From positions 5,208,001 through 5,272,000 of the forward strand of contig CP075495.1 in NCBI GenBank assembly GCA_021613535.1: a stretch of DNA of 64,000 nucleotides. The letters run 5' to 3'. Position numbers and translations under genes: made by a program. Positions 14,387 through 28,100 of this stretch are shown here, piece by piece (position 1 is the first letter of the stretch; each line of letters opens with the position of its first letter). The notes beneath the pieces were generated by a model. That model was not told the origin of the DNA. It made no database searches and worked only from the letters and a program-made list of their open reading frames with translations. The DNA is from Adineta vaga. Its lineage: Eukaryota; Animalia; Rotifera.

Positions 14387-15664
14387 ATGGCATCGTATTT
14401 GTTTCTATTCATCATCGTGTTGCTATGCATAATTCACGTTGATAGCCGAAGACATTCTCAAGATATTCGAGTACGTCAATTTTGGCAGAAATTAACGGAC
14501 AAATTGAAAGATAAAACGGTGAATAAATTTCATATTGATTTTCGACGTTTCGATAAGGAAGATATGGTTCTTTATCCAGATGTTGGTTTTGAATCATTAG
14601 AAAATAATGGTACATGGAAAGTTACTATTCATGGATGGCGATATGAAAGTAATCATGGAAAAAACTGGCTCGGAATCAGTGCGAGTCGATGGATAGAACG
14701 ACTTGCTAAATATTTATTAAATGCTGATGCAATAGCATATCTCAATGGTTCATTAAATCATGATCGATTAAAACCGTTTTTTGTCGATGATGAATCCAAT
14801 GAAATAATTGAAATAAAAATAGGTGAAACAACACAATCACTTCAAACTGATCATCATGGTCAATTTTATGCTCATATTCAACTAACCAATGATCAAATTC
14901 AAGCATTAAAACAAAAACAACAACAAAAAGATAACATTATTACTTATGAAGCCATTGGTGATAATCAAGATAGAGCAGATGGAGTTATTCGATTGATTGA
15001 ACCGCGTCAAGGCATTTCGATTATTAGTGATATTGATGATACAATTAAAATTTCGGAAGTATTGGATAAAGTACGTTTAATTGCGAATACTTTCATTCAT
15101 CCATTTAAACCAGTACCTGGTAAATATATAATGAATGAAATTCATCTATAACATTCTTTATGTATTCTTTTAGGTATGGCTGAATTATATCGAAAATGGT
15201 ATTTAGCTAATCCAAATTGTACGTTTCATTATTTATCCGGCATGCCAGATCAGTTATATACTTTAACACAAGAATTCATATATACAAATAATTTTCCCGA
15301 TGGTTCATTTCATATGAGACATTTTGGTTGGGCAGCTGCATCACTTTTCGAATTTCTTCATTCTGAATCAACATTTTCACATAAGATTCATTATTTACGA
15401 TTTTTTCTCTCGAATACCGTACGTGATTATGTATTGGTAGGTGATAGTGGTGAAAAAGATCCCGAAATCTATGGAGCTATTGCAAGAGAATATCCACAAC
15501 GAATACGTGCCATCTTTATTCGAGCTATTAAGAATGAAAAATTTGATGATGAACGATTTCTAACTGCTTTTCAAGGTGTATCATCCGAAAAATGGCAAAT
15601 TTTCGATGATCCACAACAAATTCCTATCGATTTATCACGATCACCTAAATCTGGAACTCGTTAG
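14387..15664 (+). CDS. App1-type phosphatidate phosphatase (DUF2183/APP1 catalytic domain, HAD DxDxT) with signal peptide; 2 exons
   Basis: IISDIDDTIKIS catalytic motif, PVPGMAELY, FHYLSG, and YVLVGDSGEKDPEIYG..YPQRIRAIFIR are characteristic of App1-family enzymes. Hydrophobic N-terminus MASYLFLFIIVLLCIIHVDS; single intron at about 15120-15173. Confidence 0.85.
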
Positions 15665-16716
15665 AATGTCATTAAATTGATTGAAATTTCCAAAATAAAT
15701 ATACTCAAACTTTTTTTTCGTTTCTTTCTGAATCTTTGAGTGTTAATCAGATCAACAAAAACCTTTTTTCATTAGACAGGATTTCGCGCTAGGTCTTACT
15801 TTTGTCAGTACACATTTCGCAAGAATGAATGGTATCTTAGAAAACAATGTGTACAGACTAAAAAGATTTTGTGCTTACAAAGTATGCAGATTGAATTTGC
15901 TTATTATAACTCTAGACGAAAGTAGTATACGATCTTCGGATCGAACACAGTCGCAAGGATGAAATCATGTGTTGAATGAGATTTTTCTTGTTCAGCATCG
16001 GAGCGACATTTCTACAAAGCAAGTGTGTCATTTACTTTTTAACTTACTGATTTATGTTTTTGACTTGGTTATAACAAAGGTGACATACTCGATGATAACA
16101 AAAATCTTTAAATACTTACCTTAGAAAAAGTTCGTACTCTTACAAAGATATATTATCGGCGGTGACCTTTGTTTTCTCATGAGTAAATATATCAGACTTG
16201 ATACTTTTTTTAGCAGCAATTTATACGATATTACACAAGCGCACTTTGATATGTGTGAATGACGTATAATCTTAAATAACACTAATACAGAGAAGAAAAT
16301 AAAGTGATTTTTTTTTCAATATAGATTATATGATTTCAATTATTCGACAGTATTAATTTCTCGTTTTATAAATCATTGAATGAAGATGCTCTGACGGAAA
16401 AACGAGACTATCTCTACGAACAAATCATAGTACGTTTTAATGTTAAAAACTCCTTAAGCTTGTTTGCCTTATGTTGCCTATAGTAATAGTAGAGGAAGAA
16501 AGACAAAGATTACACAACATTGTCGTATCATAGTCTCCTCAGATGCCAAGGTCATAGTGCAAAAGTAGAAGCACAAAGTAGTGAAAGAGATTGCGAGACG
16601 ATGACTCATACTCAGAGAACGATTGAAGAAAAAATAAAAGAAAAATAAGCGAAACATTTTGATATATATATATATATATGTAAATACGAAATGAATAGAA
16701 AAAACGACATAACACA

Positions 16717-17672
16717 ATGATGGTACATCAATCAGTACAAGATCCAACTGGATTTGTTCATCGATGGGTTATGGATTTTGAATTGGCATTTTTTGATAAA
16801 AACAAATTCAATCTAGTTAAAGATTTGATGGAAAATTGGTGGTGGTTAAGTCTTGTCTATGCAATACTTTATATTGTTTTAGTATTTATTGGTCGAGCAT
16901 GGATGTCTAAAAGAAAGGACAAATTTGAATTACGAGGACCTTTAATATTATGGAACGCTGGTTTAACAATCTTCAGTTTATGGGGTGCATGTCGATGTGT
17001 ACCTGAACTAATTCATGCATTAATGCAACATGGATTTATGTATTCCGTTTGTGATCGAACATATATGAAAGGTATCACAGGATTATGGTAATTATTTCTT
17101 AGTTCAATTAAATTTGAAAATGATCATTGAAAATATTTTAGGGTTTGGTTATTTATGGCTTCTAAAGTTCCTGAAACAATCGATACATTATTTATTGTTT
17201 TAAGACGTCAACAACTGATTTTTCTTCACTGGTATCATCATGCATCTGTATTAATCTATTGTTTTTATAGGTAGATTAATTGATTGGTGTTCTTTTCAAT
17301 TCTATTGACATATTCTTATTTGATTTCAGTTATGCATTGTTTGCTTCAACCGGTCGTTGGTTTGTTTCAATGAATTATTGTGTGCATACAATCATGTATG
17401 GATACTTTGCTTTACGAGCTGCTCGTATTCATGTACCTGGTTCTGTTCAAGCAACAATTACTCTTCTACAACTTATTCAAATGATTGGTGGATGTACAGT
17501 CAATATAAGTGCATTTTATTATAAGAAAAATGGCCATTATTGCTCAACAGATAATACAAATATTGTATTATCATTAGCACTTTATGCCTCATACCTTCTA
17601 CTTTTTGCACATTTTTTCTATAATAGTTATGTACGGAAAGATTCGAAAAAGTCTGACAAAAAACAAAATTAG
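16717..17672 (+). CDS. ELOVL6: Very-long-chain fatty acid elongase, ELOVL6/ELOVL3-like (GNS1/SUR4); 3 exons
   Basis: [30 protein letters not shown] His box, [26 protein letters not shown], and a C-terminal dilysine-type KKQN tail. Confidence 0.9.
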
Positions 17673-17877
17673 TTAATTGATCTTATACTATATTAAGAAT
17701 GTCATTCAATGAATGAATCTTGTTTTTTGTGTTATACAATAAAAACTATATTTCTATTTATATGTACGAACCCAAAGAAAGCCTATTCATTGAAAACGTA
17801 TAAGCGTAGGTTTGGTCATACATGATTGACTTTTTCTAGTTAGAAAAGCACGTGTATGATAGTATCAGAAATATAAA

Positions 17878-19712
17878 ATGTCTTCTATCTCATCTACTTC
17901 ACTTGATAATTTACCAGTCGAACTTATTTATTATCTATTTAATTATCTTGATGTTTCAACAATATTTGTTTCATTTCGTTACGTATGTAAACGATTCTAT
18001 ATCATTGTCAATTCGTTTAGTCAATATAAACTTGATATGAGATTAATATCGAAAATTAATTTTGATCATATATGTCGAATTATATCACCTGACAAGATTA
18101 GTTCATTAATTCTTAGTGATGATCTCAATACACCGTATCAAATTCGAACATTTTTATCACGATTTTCATTTCAAGAATGTTCTCGACTTCGTTCATTAAA
18201 TTTAATTAAAATAACTGAAAATAATCTATTTACAATATTAATGCAAATCTCCGAATGTCCTTTGAATTCATTAGCAATCAATTGTTTCGCATGGGATACA
18301 TTCAGTTATACAGTACGTTTACTTCTTGCATCAACAATAGAAAAGTGTAAACTTGAAAAATTACATTTAAATATAACTTATCGAGATTTAGATGTTTCGT
18401 CATGGTCACCATTACCGATTACATTAAAGCATCTTCAATTGGAACATTGTACATTTCAAGAATATTGTATGATTCTTCGTCATACAATTAATTTACAAGA
18501 ATTAACATTAACAAAATGTATTATGTATAACATTGATGGAAGTATGTATGAACCATTCGATCGAATTTGTCCAATTAATTTTCATACATTCTCGTTTGGT
18601 GCTTGTTTTATGCGTATGAAAGAACTTTGTATAATACTTTCATGTATACCAACAGTTCAACATTTAAAATTAATTATTTGGACGGATTCATTAGATTCAG
18701 TTATTAATGGAAGTGAATGGGAAAGATTTGTTTCAGAAAATTTATCATGTTTAACAAATTTTCAATTCTTTTTCGATGATTTAACACAAGTAAATTCGGA
18801 TTCATTGAATCTTCAATCCTATATTCAACCATTTCAAACATCATTTTGGTTGGAAAAATATCAATGGTATGTTACTTGTGATTATATTAAAACATTATCA
18901 GGCATTCGTTTATATTCATTACCAATATGCAATCCTCTATTTATGTATTATACAAATTCATTAAAAATATCAGCATCAACATTACCAATAAAAAATCATT
19001 CGATTGAATCAACACAATATGTAAATAGTATCAGTTTGAATTTAAATGAAATGATTGAATCTGATGATGAAATACAAGTATTGATTAATAACAGTCAACT
19101 ACTGTTTTTTCTTTTTGCTTATCATTATTCTTTTTGTAGATGAATTCAACAAAAAATGCAATATTTCAACGAATTGACTATCTTTCAATAAACTTTGATT
19201 GCAAATGTCCATATACTTCATCATTATATCTACGAACATTGATTGATCTCTCATCTATTGTTCATTTAACTATTCAACTTCTTGTGCATAATTTTGCACA
19301 AAAATCATCTTTAAATGATTATCTCTCAACTATACTTCAAGAAACATCAAATATTCATACGCTTAAACTTCAATATATTCACAATGAAAAGGTCATTTCT
19401 AATGCACTAAGTTTATGTACAATTATACCACGTTCAATTAAACATTTACAAATTTCAATATCAAGTTTCAACGAAGTGAAAATGTTTCTTGAACAACTTC
19501 AGCAATTATTTAGTGTATCATTTTATTCAACAGACATAATGAATTATTATGAAGAAATCGAAAAATGGATGAAATTAAAAAGACCCAATTCTATATGTCG
19601 ACATGAATTACGTTGTATACAAATATGGCTTGGAAATTATACTCATAATGAGCATGAGAAACCTCTGACAAGAAGAGTTTTAGATCGTCTACATCGAAAG
19701 CAATTAAACTAA
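17878..19712 (+). CDS. F-box / LRR-like protein (lineage-expanded family); 2 exons
   Basis: F-box LDNLPVELIYYLFNYLD..SFRYVCKRF, LRR-like LxxLxL repeats, WERFVSENLSCLTNFQF and FQTSFW motifs; paralogous to 54743-56492. Confidence 0.8.
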
Positions 19713-20130
19713 ACATAGATTTTCATACTGTCTTCTTTATTAGAATATTTGCTCTGGCAAATTTTTGAATAAACTTGCAAATTCCTCAACGTTGCGATTT
19801 TGAAATTTCGCTGAATAGTGCACAGTATAGATTTTGTCTTTAAACATAACATTTCTTGAACTTAGATAATTAAAATGTGATGTGTTTTGACCAAAAGATT
19901 TTGATGTTCTACGAATCACATTAATAACCTTGCTTAGATTAAACGAAAGGTAATTCAAAAAGACTATGACAATAGTCTAGTCGCAATGACGAAATGATGT
20001 GTCCTTTAAGTAGGATACCGGAGCGACTAATTTTCTATTGAAAGAAATGATATGACATTGATTTATCTTGTTTAAGTTTAATTAATCGAAAAGAAAACAT
20101 GTTCACAAATCATTCTTATCGTATTGTGAA

Positions 20131-22236
20131 TTATCTTTGTGCCAATGCTTCCATTAATTTTTCAGCAACAGCTCTTCCACCAGTTTTCTTCTGTACTGGT
20201 GCGACCGTATTAGATATTGAGAGATACATTTCTAGTAGAAGAATAGTTTCTGTTAATTGAAGTTGTGCGAGATCAATCCTAATAAAAGCAATCATTAAAG
20301 TTAAAAAGAAAATCAAATCTAGTATTGTCATACTTTCGAAAAGCAGCATCAAGTTTTTTGATTTGTTCTTTTTCGATGGGTGATAGAATATCTTCCACTT
20401 CTTTAATTTGTTCTTCATCAGCATTTTGTTCTCGAAGACTATGAAGAATTGCTTCAACTTTATCACGTTTATCAATCAATTTTCTATGTCGTTCTTTTTC
20501 ATAATGATGTCGTTGCATTAAATTTGACATAGTCTATTTATCGAATAGTAAAAGAGATTTACTTTTCATGATAGCATTACTTCTATTCATTTACTTTATA
20601 GGAATGATCGAGTAATGATAAAACACCATTGTATAGATTGACACGAAAAAAATAGAATGTTCGAGTTGGATTAAAATCATTTGCTTTTGACAATTCCTAT
20701 ATGAATTCAATTAGATTATTCAGTTTTAGTTAGTAGAATAATATACCTCTAATGACAACATTCCATCAATAAACATTGAATAAACATATTGTTGTGCTTC
20801 TTTTGCATTAATCATTGCCATATCTTCGATCTAACAAAGAAAAAATTTATTTTTATATATGAACAAATTAAATTTAAATGTATTATTGACTTGTTTCTGC
20901 GATAAACAACCACGTTCTTCTAACATATTATAGATTCTTAGTGCATTTGAACCATATCTTTCTTTCAAAAATGATTGAATATGTGATTTTGTTAAACCTC
21001 GTAATGCTTTTTGAAAATCTACAAAAAAATCAAAATTCAATATCGAATCGAAAATAATTTCTTTAATTATTCTTTCATTACCTACTTCGTATGTTCCTTT
21101 TCCTTGATCACCCACTTTAATAATACAACTATTCTAAGACAAACCATGTAGTAGTAAAAATATCCATCAAATTCATAAGCTCACTTACCACATCATTAGT
21201 TATGACATTCATATATTTTTGTACTGATTCATCGTTTAATTGTAAACCAGTAGTAGATATGGTTTTCATAATCTAGATAAATCGATAAAATTTCTTTTAT
21301 AATTGTTGTTAAGTCAAATAATTTACTTCGATAAATGATATTGGTATTGTTCGTTCGGTACCTAATTTGAAAGCTCCTAATCGAAGAATAGTTCGAACAA
21401 TTTTTCCAGCATTCTAATAAATTCAAATGAAAACAAAAAATGAATTGAAGTTTTTGCAAAAATCTTCTTATTACTTGATCAATTCGATTCGTAAATGCTT
21501 GAATTAATTCTTCATCACGTAAATAAGCAAAGAATCGTTGAAAATTAACTTTCCAAAAGATTTTTTCATCGCCAAATATTGGCACCGATGTTTTCACTTT
21601 TTTCATTGCTGGTTCATCAGATTCTTCTTGTTTAGTAGAAATTAAATATTTCCAAGCTTCTGATGTTAATTCTGGTATTTGTACAGGAGTTGATGTTGTT
21701 TCTTCTACAGTTGTGGAAATATATGGTTTTGTTTCATCAACAATAATACGTTGTAGAAATTGTGCAGAAACTAATGTTTTAAATTTTTCTTTGATTGATG
21801 GTAAACTATGTGTTTCAGGATCTCTACCAGCTTTTATTAAACGTTCGTAGACTTTAACTAATAATGAACTCATACGTTGTTTTCCATTTAAAAGTAATTC
21901 TTCAATAATTAATTCACCATCAAAACTATACAATTGTCTAGCACAATGAATACATTTTGAATAATGTAATATATATAATGTTCGTTTAAGATTTAGTGCA
22001 TAGAGAATACGTTTTGAATTGGAACGAGCATCACCATAACATTCGATAATATCATGCATAGTTAATGTTGCTAATGATCGTGCAACATTCATAGCAGGAA
22101 TATTCATATCTCGAACAATAAGAGCAAAAGGTAATGGACCTTTTCGATTGAGATATGATGCAACTTCTTTCGATGTTCCATCGGGAAATAAATCTCCAAT
22201 TAGATCAAAAGCCAAACGAATATGATGTGTAGTCAT
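20131..22236 (-). CDS. POLR3C: DNA-directed RNA polymerase III subunit RPC3/RPC62; multi-exon
   Basis: GELIIEELLLNGK, FWKVNFQRFFAYLRDE..NRID, KERYGSNALRIYNML..LSQKQIEDMAMINAKEA and EIVKANDFNPTRTFYFFRVNL are typical RPC62 winged-helix segments. Confidence 0.9.
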
Positions 22237-22382
22237 ATCTAAAATTGAATCATGTTGTAGAATTAAATGCAACAAATAGAAATAGCAATGAATTTGTTCA
22301 ATGTCGAATAAAACACGAAGAAAATTTGTTTTTATTGTAGAAGAAAAACAAATGTTTTAAAAGGAAAAATGTTGAATAACAT

Positions 22383-22730
22383 TTAGTCTTTCTTTCCAAC
22401 TGTTTCTTTGATCAGGTCAGCTTTGGTTTTCTTGCCTGATTGATCATCACGGAATGCGACATAGAGAAAAGCAATTAAAATAATATGAACAATAGCAACA
22501 GCAACAAATGCTGAATATATATAACTATTACTACTTGACATATTAAATACACCTTCGAAGAGATAATATTTCGACATAAAAAATGATGTTAATGGTGCAA
22601 CAGTGAGCATCACTGTAAAGAAGAGCATTTTACGAAAAACAATCCATATAGCAGTTTCATTGGCAGAATCTTCTTGTTGAACAAGATCATTGACAGTAGT
22701 TGTCGGTTGAATAACTGATGTTCGTTGCAT
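22383..22730 (-). CDS. VMA21: Vacuolar ATPase assembly factor VMA21
   Basis: Two TMs (KMLFFTVMLTVAPLTSFF; YSAFVAVAIVHIILIAFLYVAF) and a C-terminal KKD retrieval signal; 115 aa. Confidence 0.85.
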   Translation of the reverse strand: MQRTSVIQPTTTVNDLVQQEDSANETAIWIVFRKMLFFTVMLTVAPLTSFFMSKYYLFEGVFNMSSSNSYIYSAFVAVAIVHIILIAFLYVAFRDDQSGKKTKADLIKETVGKKD

Positions 22731-22892
22731 CTAGAATGAATACACCCATGAAAACTCCTTTCTTCTTTCCTTCTCATTATTCGAGAGAAAAACAACCGTA
22801 AACTTTAGGACCTTTTCTTCATGTGTCTCCTTTTATTTATATTCATATACAGAAATGTGCACAAAACTTCTATACAAGAAAGATAATTTTAT

Positions 22893-24918
22893 TTAATTAA
22901 GTCCAGGTAAGATAATACCAACATTTTCCATCAATTTATTTGTTAAAGGATCTGATTTTGATGTCGATGGATTGTTTGATGTCACTTCATTTGCAAGACA
23001 AGCCATTAGATTACATGCACATAATGTGCCATCGAAGAGAATAGCAGCAAGATTATCAATCGATGTTGCTGCTGATGTACCACGGGGATTCAGATGACTT
23101 AATTGCCGAACTTTTTCACCCATTTTTGTTAATGATTCACCAAGTAAATAGATTCCTGCAGCTATATCAACAATATCATAATTCTTTGGTGGTGCAATGA
23201 TCGTTGATGGTTTAACAAAAGCATTAGGTGGTCGAATGGACGATAATGATGTTTGTTGTTTAGAATATTGATTTAAAGTTTTTTGTAAAAGTATGGGTTG
23301 CTGATCATCCATACCTTTTTTTCTCTTTGCTGCTTTCGCAGGTTTCGATGTAGTTGCTGTTGCTGTTGATGATTCCGTACTTGTCGATGCTTTTAAAAGT
23401 TCAGCAGTAATTGGATAATGATAATTTTCTTTTTCAGCTTTCAAACACCAACGTTGACGATCATGTGCACTCATTTTTTTCCATGTACGATAAAGACGTT
23501 TATCATCAAGTGTCATTGTTCGATGACGTGCACGATATTTCATTGCCCATAAACTAAATCCATCAAGCATTTCACTGGATATTGAACCAAGTGTTGCTGC
23601 TAATCCTAATGTACGATCATGATCTTGTTTCGTAACAACCGTTGTCCATTCTTCTTCATCACTATCCGCTTCAGATGTATGATCTTCATCAACATCTAAA
23701 ACACCTTCATCTTCATCTTCAGATGTTTGACCTTCATGATCTATGTAATGAAAAGAAGAAAAAAAACAAAATTGATGATTGGTATGAAAATGTGTTCTTA
23801 CGAAATTCTTCATCATCACTTCGTTGTTGTAATTGATCGTTTTCATCATTATCTTCATCATCATCATCACCACTCTCAGCTTGTTCACTCTTAATTCCTT
23901 GGTTGAAAGATCGTTTCGATTTTGCTAAATAGAACCAAATAATTATCTTATACACAATGCTTGTAATAATGGAATTAGCTTTCTTACCACTCGAAACACT
24001 TTTAGGTGTAGCCGATTTCCTTCCCTGTCCCGCACGTTTCACTGGTGAATGTATTTGTTTTTTTGATTTTGGCGATCCTGCTGATTTTCTTCCTTTAACA
24101 TTTATATTTACTGGTAAACTTCCATTTTTAATCGCGTCAAGATCAGCTTTAATTGGTGTTTGTTTCTTTTTTGAATACGACGATGGTCGTTTTGCCGGTG
24201 CTGCTGTATGAACAGGAGATGATGGTGGTGAAATTGTTGCACCTTGAACGAGTTCTTTGAAGTAAGGTGTATATTTAATTGTTCGACCAGATTTCGTTTG
24301 TTTAATTTCACTAAATTGTGAATCATTCAATGGAATTTTAATTGGACTTGGTTCATCGAATGATAAAGTATTTGCTGTTGTTCCAATCAAATGACTAATA
24401 ACTTTTTTACGAGATGATTGCGATTTCTTTTTCGATGGTGAAACATTTGTAAATGATATTTCTTCTTGTTTCATAGGTAATGGTGAATCTTGTTCTTCAA
24501 AATTACCATGATCATCATCGATTTTTAAACGCATATCGTTATCTGATGATTCTTCATCGGATATATCATTTGTTTCATTTGTTACATTGGTTATAATTCG
24601 ATCTTCTGATGCATCATGAACAGAATGAGAACGAAAATTAAATTTTAATTTAATTTTCGGTGTTTGTGTCGGAGGATTTTCTGGTTGTTGCTGTGGTGGT
24701 GGTGGCGGCGGTGGTTGTTCTTCTTCTTCAAGGATAATTTTTGTTTCTGGAATGTTATCATCTGTTTGCATAGATTCCACAGGTTTTTCTACAGTAACAG
24801 GTATTTCTGATGATTTGCTTGCTTTCGAACGGCGACCAGCACGTTTTTCTGTTGATGATGTTGATGCCGAATCTGTGGCACTTATTTTTGGTTTAAAAAA
24901 ATAAGCTAAACCAGACAT
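22893..24918 (-). CDS. HMGXB4: HMG box-containing protein 4-like (disordered N-terminus, HMG-like box, conserved C-terminal domain); 3 exons
   Basis: HMG-like GFSLWAMKYR..LYRTWKKMSAHDRQRWCLKA. The C-terminus DIAAGIYLLGESLTKMG..LFDGTLCA..MACL..LMENVGIILPGL matches the HMGXB4 C-terminus as recalled. Confidence 0.75.
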
Positions 24919-25151
24919 TTCTAAAAAGCAAAGACTAAATAATCATCTTTTCGTTCGATTTTATTTTTCACAAAGACAAAAATAGTCTGTTAAGATTAGT
25001 TTTTTTCCTTCACTAATTTACACACATGCACACACAACAAGACAAAACAACGAAAGTATTGGTGTTTTCTCTGTTTTTTTTTTCTTTAATAAGATGTAAA
25101 AAATACTGAAATAGATGAGCAAATACAATATAAGATAAGAAAAAACAAATT

Positions 25152-28100
25152 CTAGATAGAATTCCAAACGAGAATGACAATAAATAGAATTAATGTCAAA
25201 TGTGGATGTTTTCGATGTGAATTTGACATATCTATTAGATATTGATCATCTGTATGAGATGTTGGATATGAAGAGGAGATAGATCCATATGGATAATAAT
25301 GTTTGATATAGTAATGACTTTGTTGTTTGTTTTTACGATTCGGTTTTTCTCGATGTCGAGTATGAAAAGAATTATGTTGATTTGCAGAACGGGAACGAGC
25401 AATACTGTTATTAATTTCATCAGATGGATGAAGATGAACATTTGCTGCAACGACTTTTGATGGAGTAGGTGGGGATAATTGTTGGGAAGGACTAACTTGA
25501 GTACCATAGAAAATCAATGACCAATTAAGAAAAATAACTAAAAATATCATAGACATTTCATTAAGATATCGTTACAGTGATATTAAAATTAATATACCAT
25601 TATTTTCTACATCAACTATCTCCAATGTCCAAATACCACGCGGTGATTCTCCCCAATTATGTACAGTCATGAAAGGCCAACTATTAAATCCATCTGCTGA
25701 ATCATCTTCAACGCGTCGACCTAGTAATGTTGAATTTGTACCCATGGGTGAAGTTAAAAAGATTTGCAAATTTCCTTGAAAAATAAAAGAAATTATTATT
25801 AAAGAAAAGTTTTCATAAATGATTCGTATAATCTACCTCGATATTTTACTCTAACAGACACTTTCGATTGGACATGTTCAAGAAAATTAATTTCATTTTC
25901 TGTATTTGCACAAGCATCGGTATACATTTGAATAACAACACGTTCATGTTTTTTGAATGTTCTAAAGATAAGCATTATGTTTAGTTGAAAATTTCTTTTT
26001 CTCTTTCTCTTCAATTCAATCATTTACTTTGCAATAATATTTGGATCAGTTTGATGACAGATATGTTGAGAAGGAACTGTTTGCCATTTTTGTGCCTTAA
26101 AATAAACACGAAGGAAAGCTTCAGGGTCTTCATACAGACTAAAAATAATACCTTTACAACAAATTGAGCAGCATCCATCATTCCAAAACCAAATGCATGA
26201 CTAACACGGCGACCAACTCCATTCGTTTTCCAATCTAATGCATTTAAATATCTTGGTTTTGCTGTTTCAACAATTAAATGTTGAACATCTCGCCAAGTTA
26301 AATTTCTATTAGCTTCAAGTGCTAAAGCAATGATTCCAGCAGCTAATGGTGCCGACGCAGATGTTCCTATATCAAGGTAATAGAACATTTTGATATGAGG
26401 AAATGAACTTTTTCGTCAAGAAATTCTACCTGTATGATTTTCTGTACATTGACTTCGAAGATCTGTTGAAACGACTTGTTTTTCATCGGATGCACCACTA
26501 CTATAAGTTGTTGCTAATGTTGATGAACAAGCTTCTGAATACCAAGGTATATTTCCATTTTCTGTTGCACTTGAAATTGATACTGTATAGATTGAATTAG
26601 TATATCCATCACAATTGCAATTATCATCATCTTTTCCACCATTTCCTGATGCCCAAACATAAATAGAACCAAGACCTTGACGACCCTAGACAAAGAATGT
26701 ATCGTTAGAAAGAAAAAGAATACTTTTAATGATAGAATTTATTTACATATTTAATGCCATTTTCAAATGCTGCTTGCGCTAATGTAGCTGGTCCATCAAC
26801 TGTCTTTCCATCATCATCCGGACCCCTAAATGAATTGTTGTTTGTTTCATCATTAACTAGATGAAATACAAATATTCTTACCAACTAGCAGAATAAATAT
26901 CAATAATATCTGGGCGAAAACTTAATGCCATTGATTCAACTAGATCTGTCACTTCACCATCCAATAGACGAATGCCTGAAATTTATAGAAAACTTCGTTT
27001 TTTATTTTCAATTCTGTATTTTCAAGACACACCGATGTGTATTTTAGAAATTAGTATTCAAAACGCAATCTGATTTGTTTTTTTTCCTTTGAATTACAAT
27101 CATTTCCGGCATCTTCCTGATTAGATTATATATTTCGATCAGACATGTAATTCTTCCTCTCTTTACAAGCGAAACAAATCGTTGATTGTTTTTATTCAAC
27201 TACATGCTAGACATTTATTTTCTTTCTGCACAGCTCATTTGACTTTCACAGAGATGAGAAAGTCACTAATCATATGTCAAAATAAATTCGAATAGAAAAT
27301 GCAAAAAGCAAGAAGAATCAAACAAGAGGAAATTCTCTATTTCCTTTTCCTAATCATGTATGATGTAGACAACAAAAGCTCTGCTCCGAAATAGGATCAA
27401 TCGGATTTGATCGGCAGCGCAGTTCTATTCTTCGTATGAATTAAGTCATTTACCTCCAATCCGTGCATTGTAAGCCACTCCAACGCTACAAATATTATTA
27501 TTTGCTGCCGCAGCTAAACGATTGAATTGTTATTTACATAGAAGAAAGAAAAACCTTGAAATTTAACTTACCAACTTCACCAGCACATCGTGTTCCGTGC
27601 CTAGAAATAAACAAAAATAAACACTCAAATAGTATATTATCAATCATAAGCAAAACTAATAATTCATGCATACAGCAAAAGAAGAAGAAAAAGATAAAAT
27701 CATTCTCGTCTTTAGACATGCTCAGACATATACAAACAAACTTATCATATTCTGTCAAAGACCAATCCTCTCTATTTACTTATTATCATTAGTTGCTGTC
27801 ATTCTCGGTTGTGGATCGCTGTCATTTCCATTGATATCATAACTAGCACGAGGTTCCTACAAACAATATCAATATTGATAAACTTTTCAAAACACTTTCA
27901 TTTTTTTTTCAAAATAATTATTATTCTTCTTTCATTCATCAAATAATCAAAATGGAAAGGAAAAAAAAGAAACAAAACATCTTTTTTCTACTTGTTTTCG
28001 TTGGTTGGATCATAACGTGGTTGAGGATCATTGTCATCACCATTGATATCTGTACTTGCTTGTGGTTCCTAGAAATTGGTTTCATTTTCAACATGCAAAC

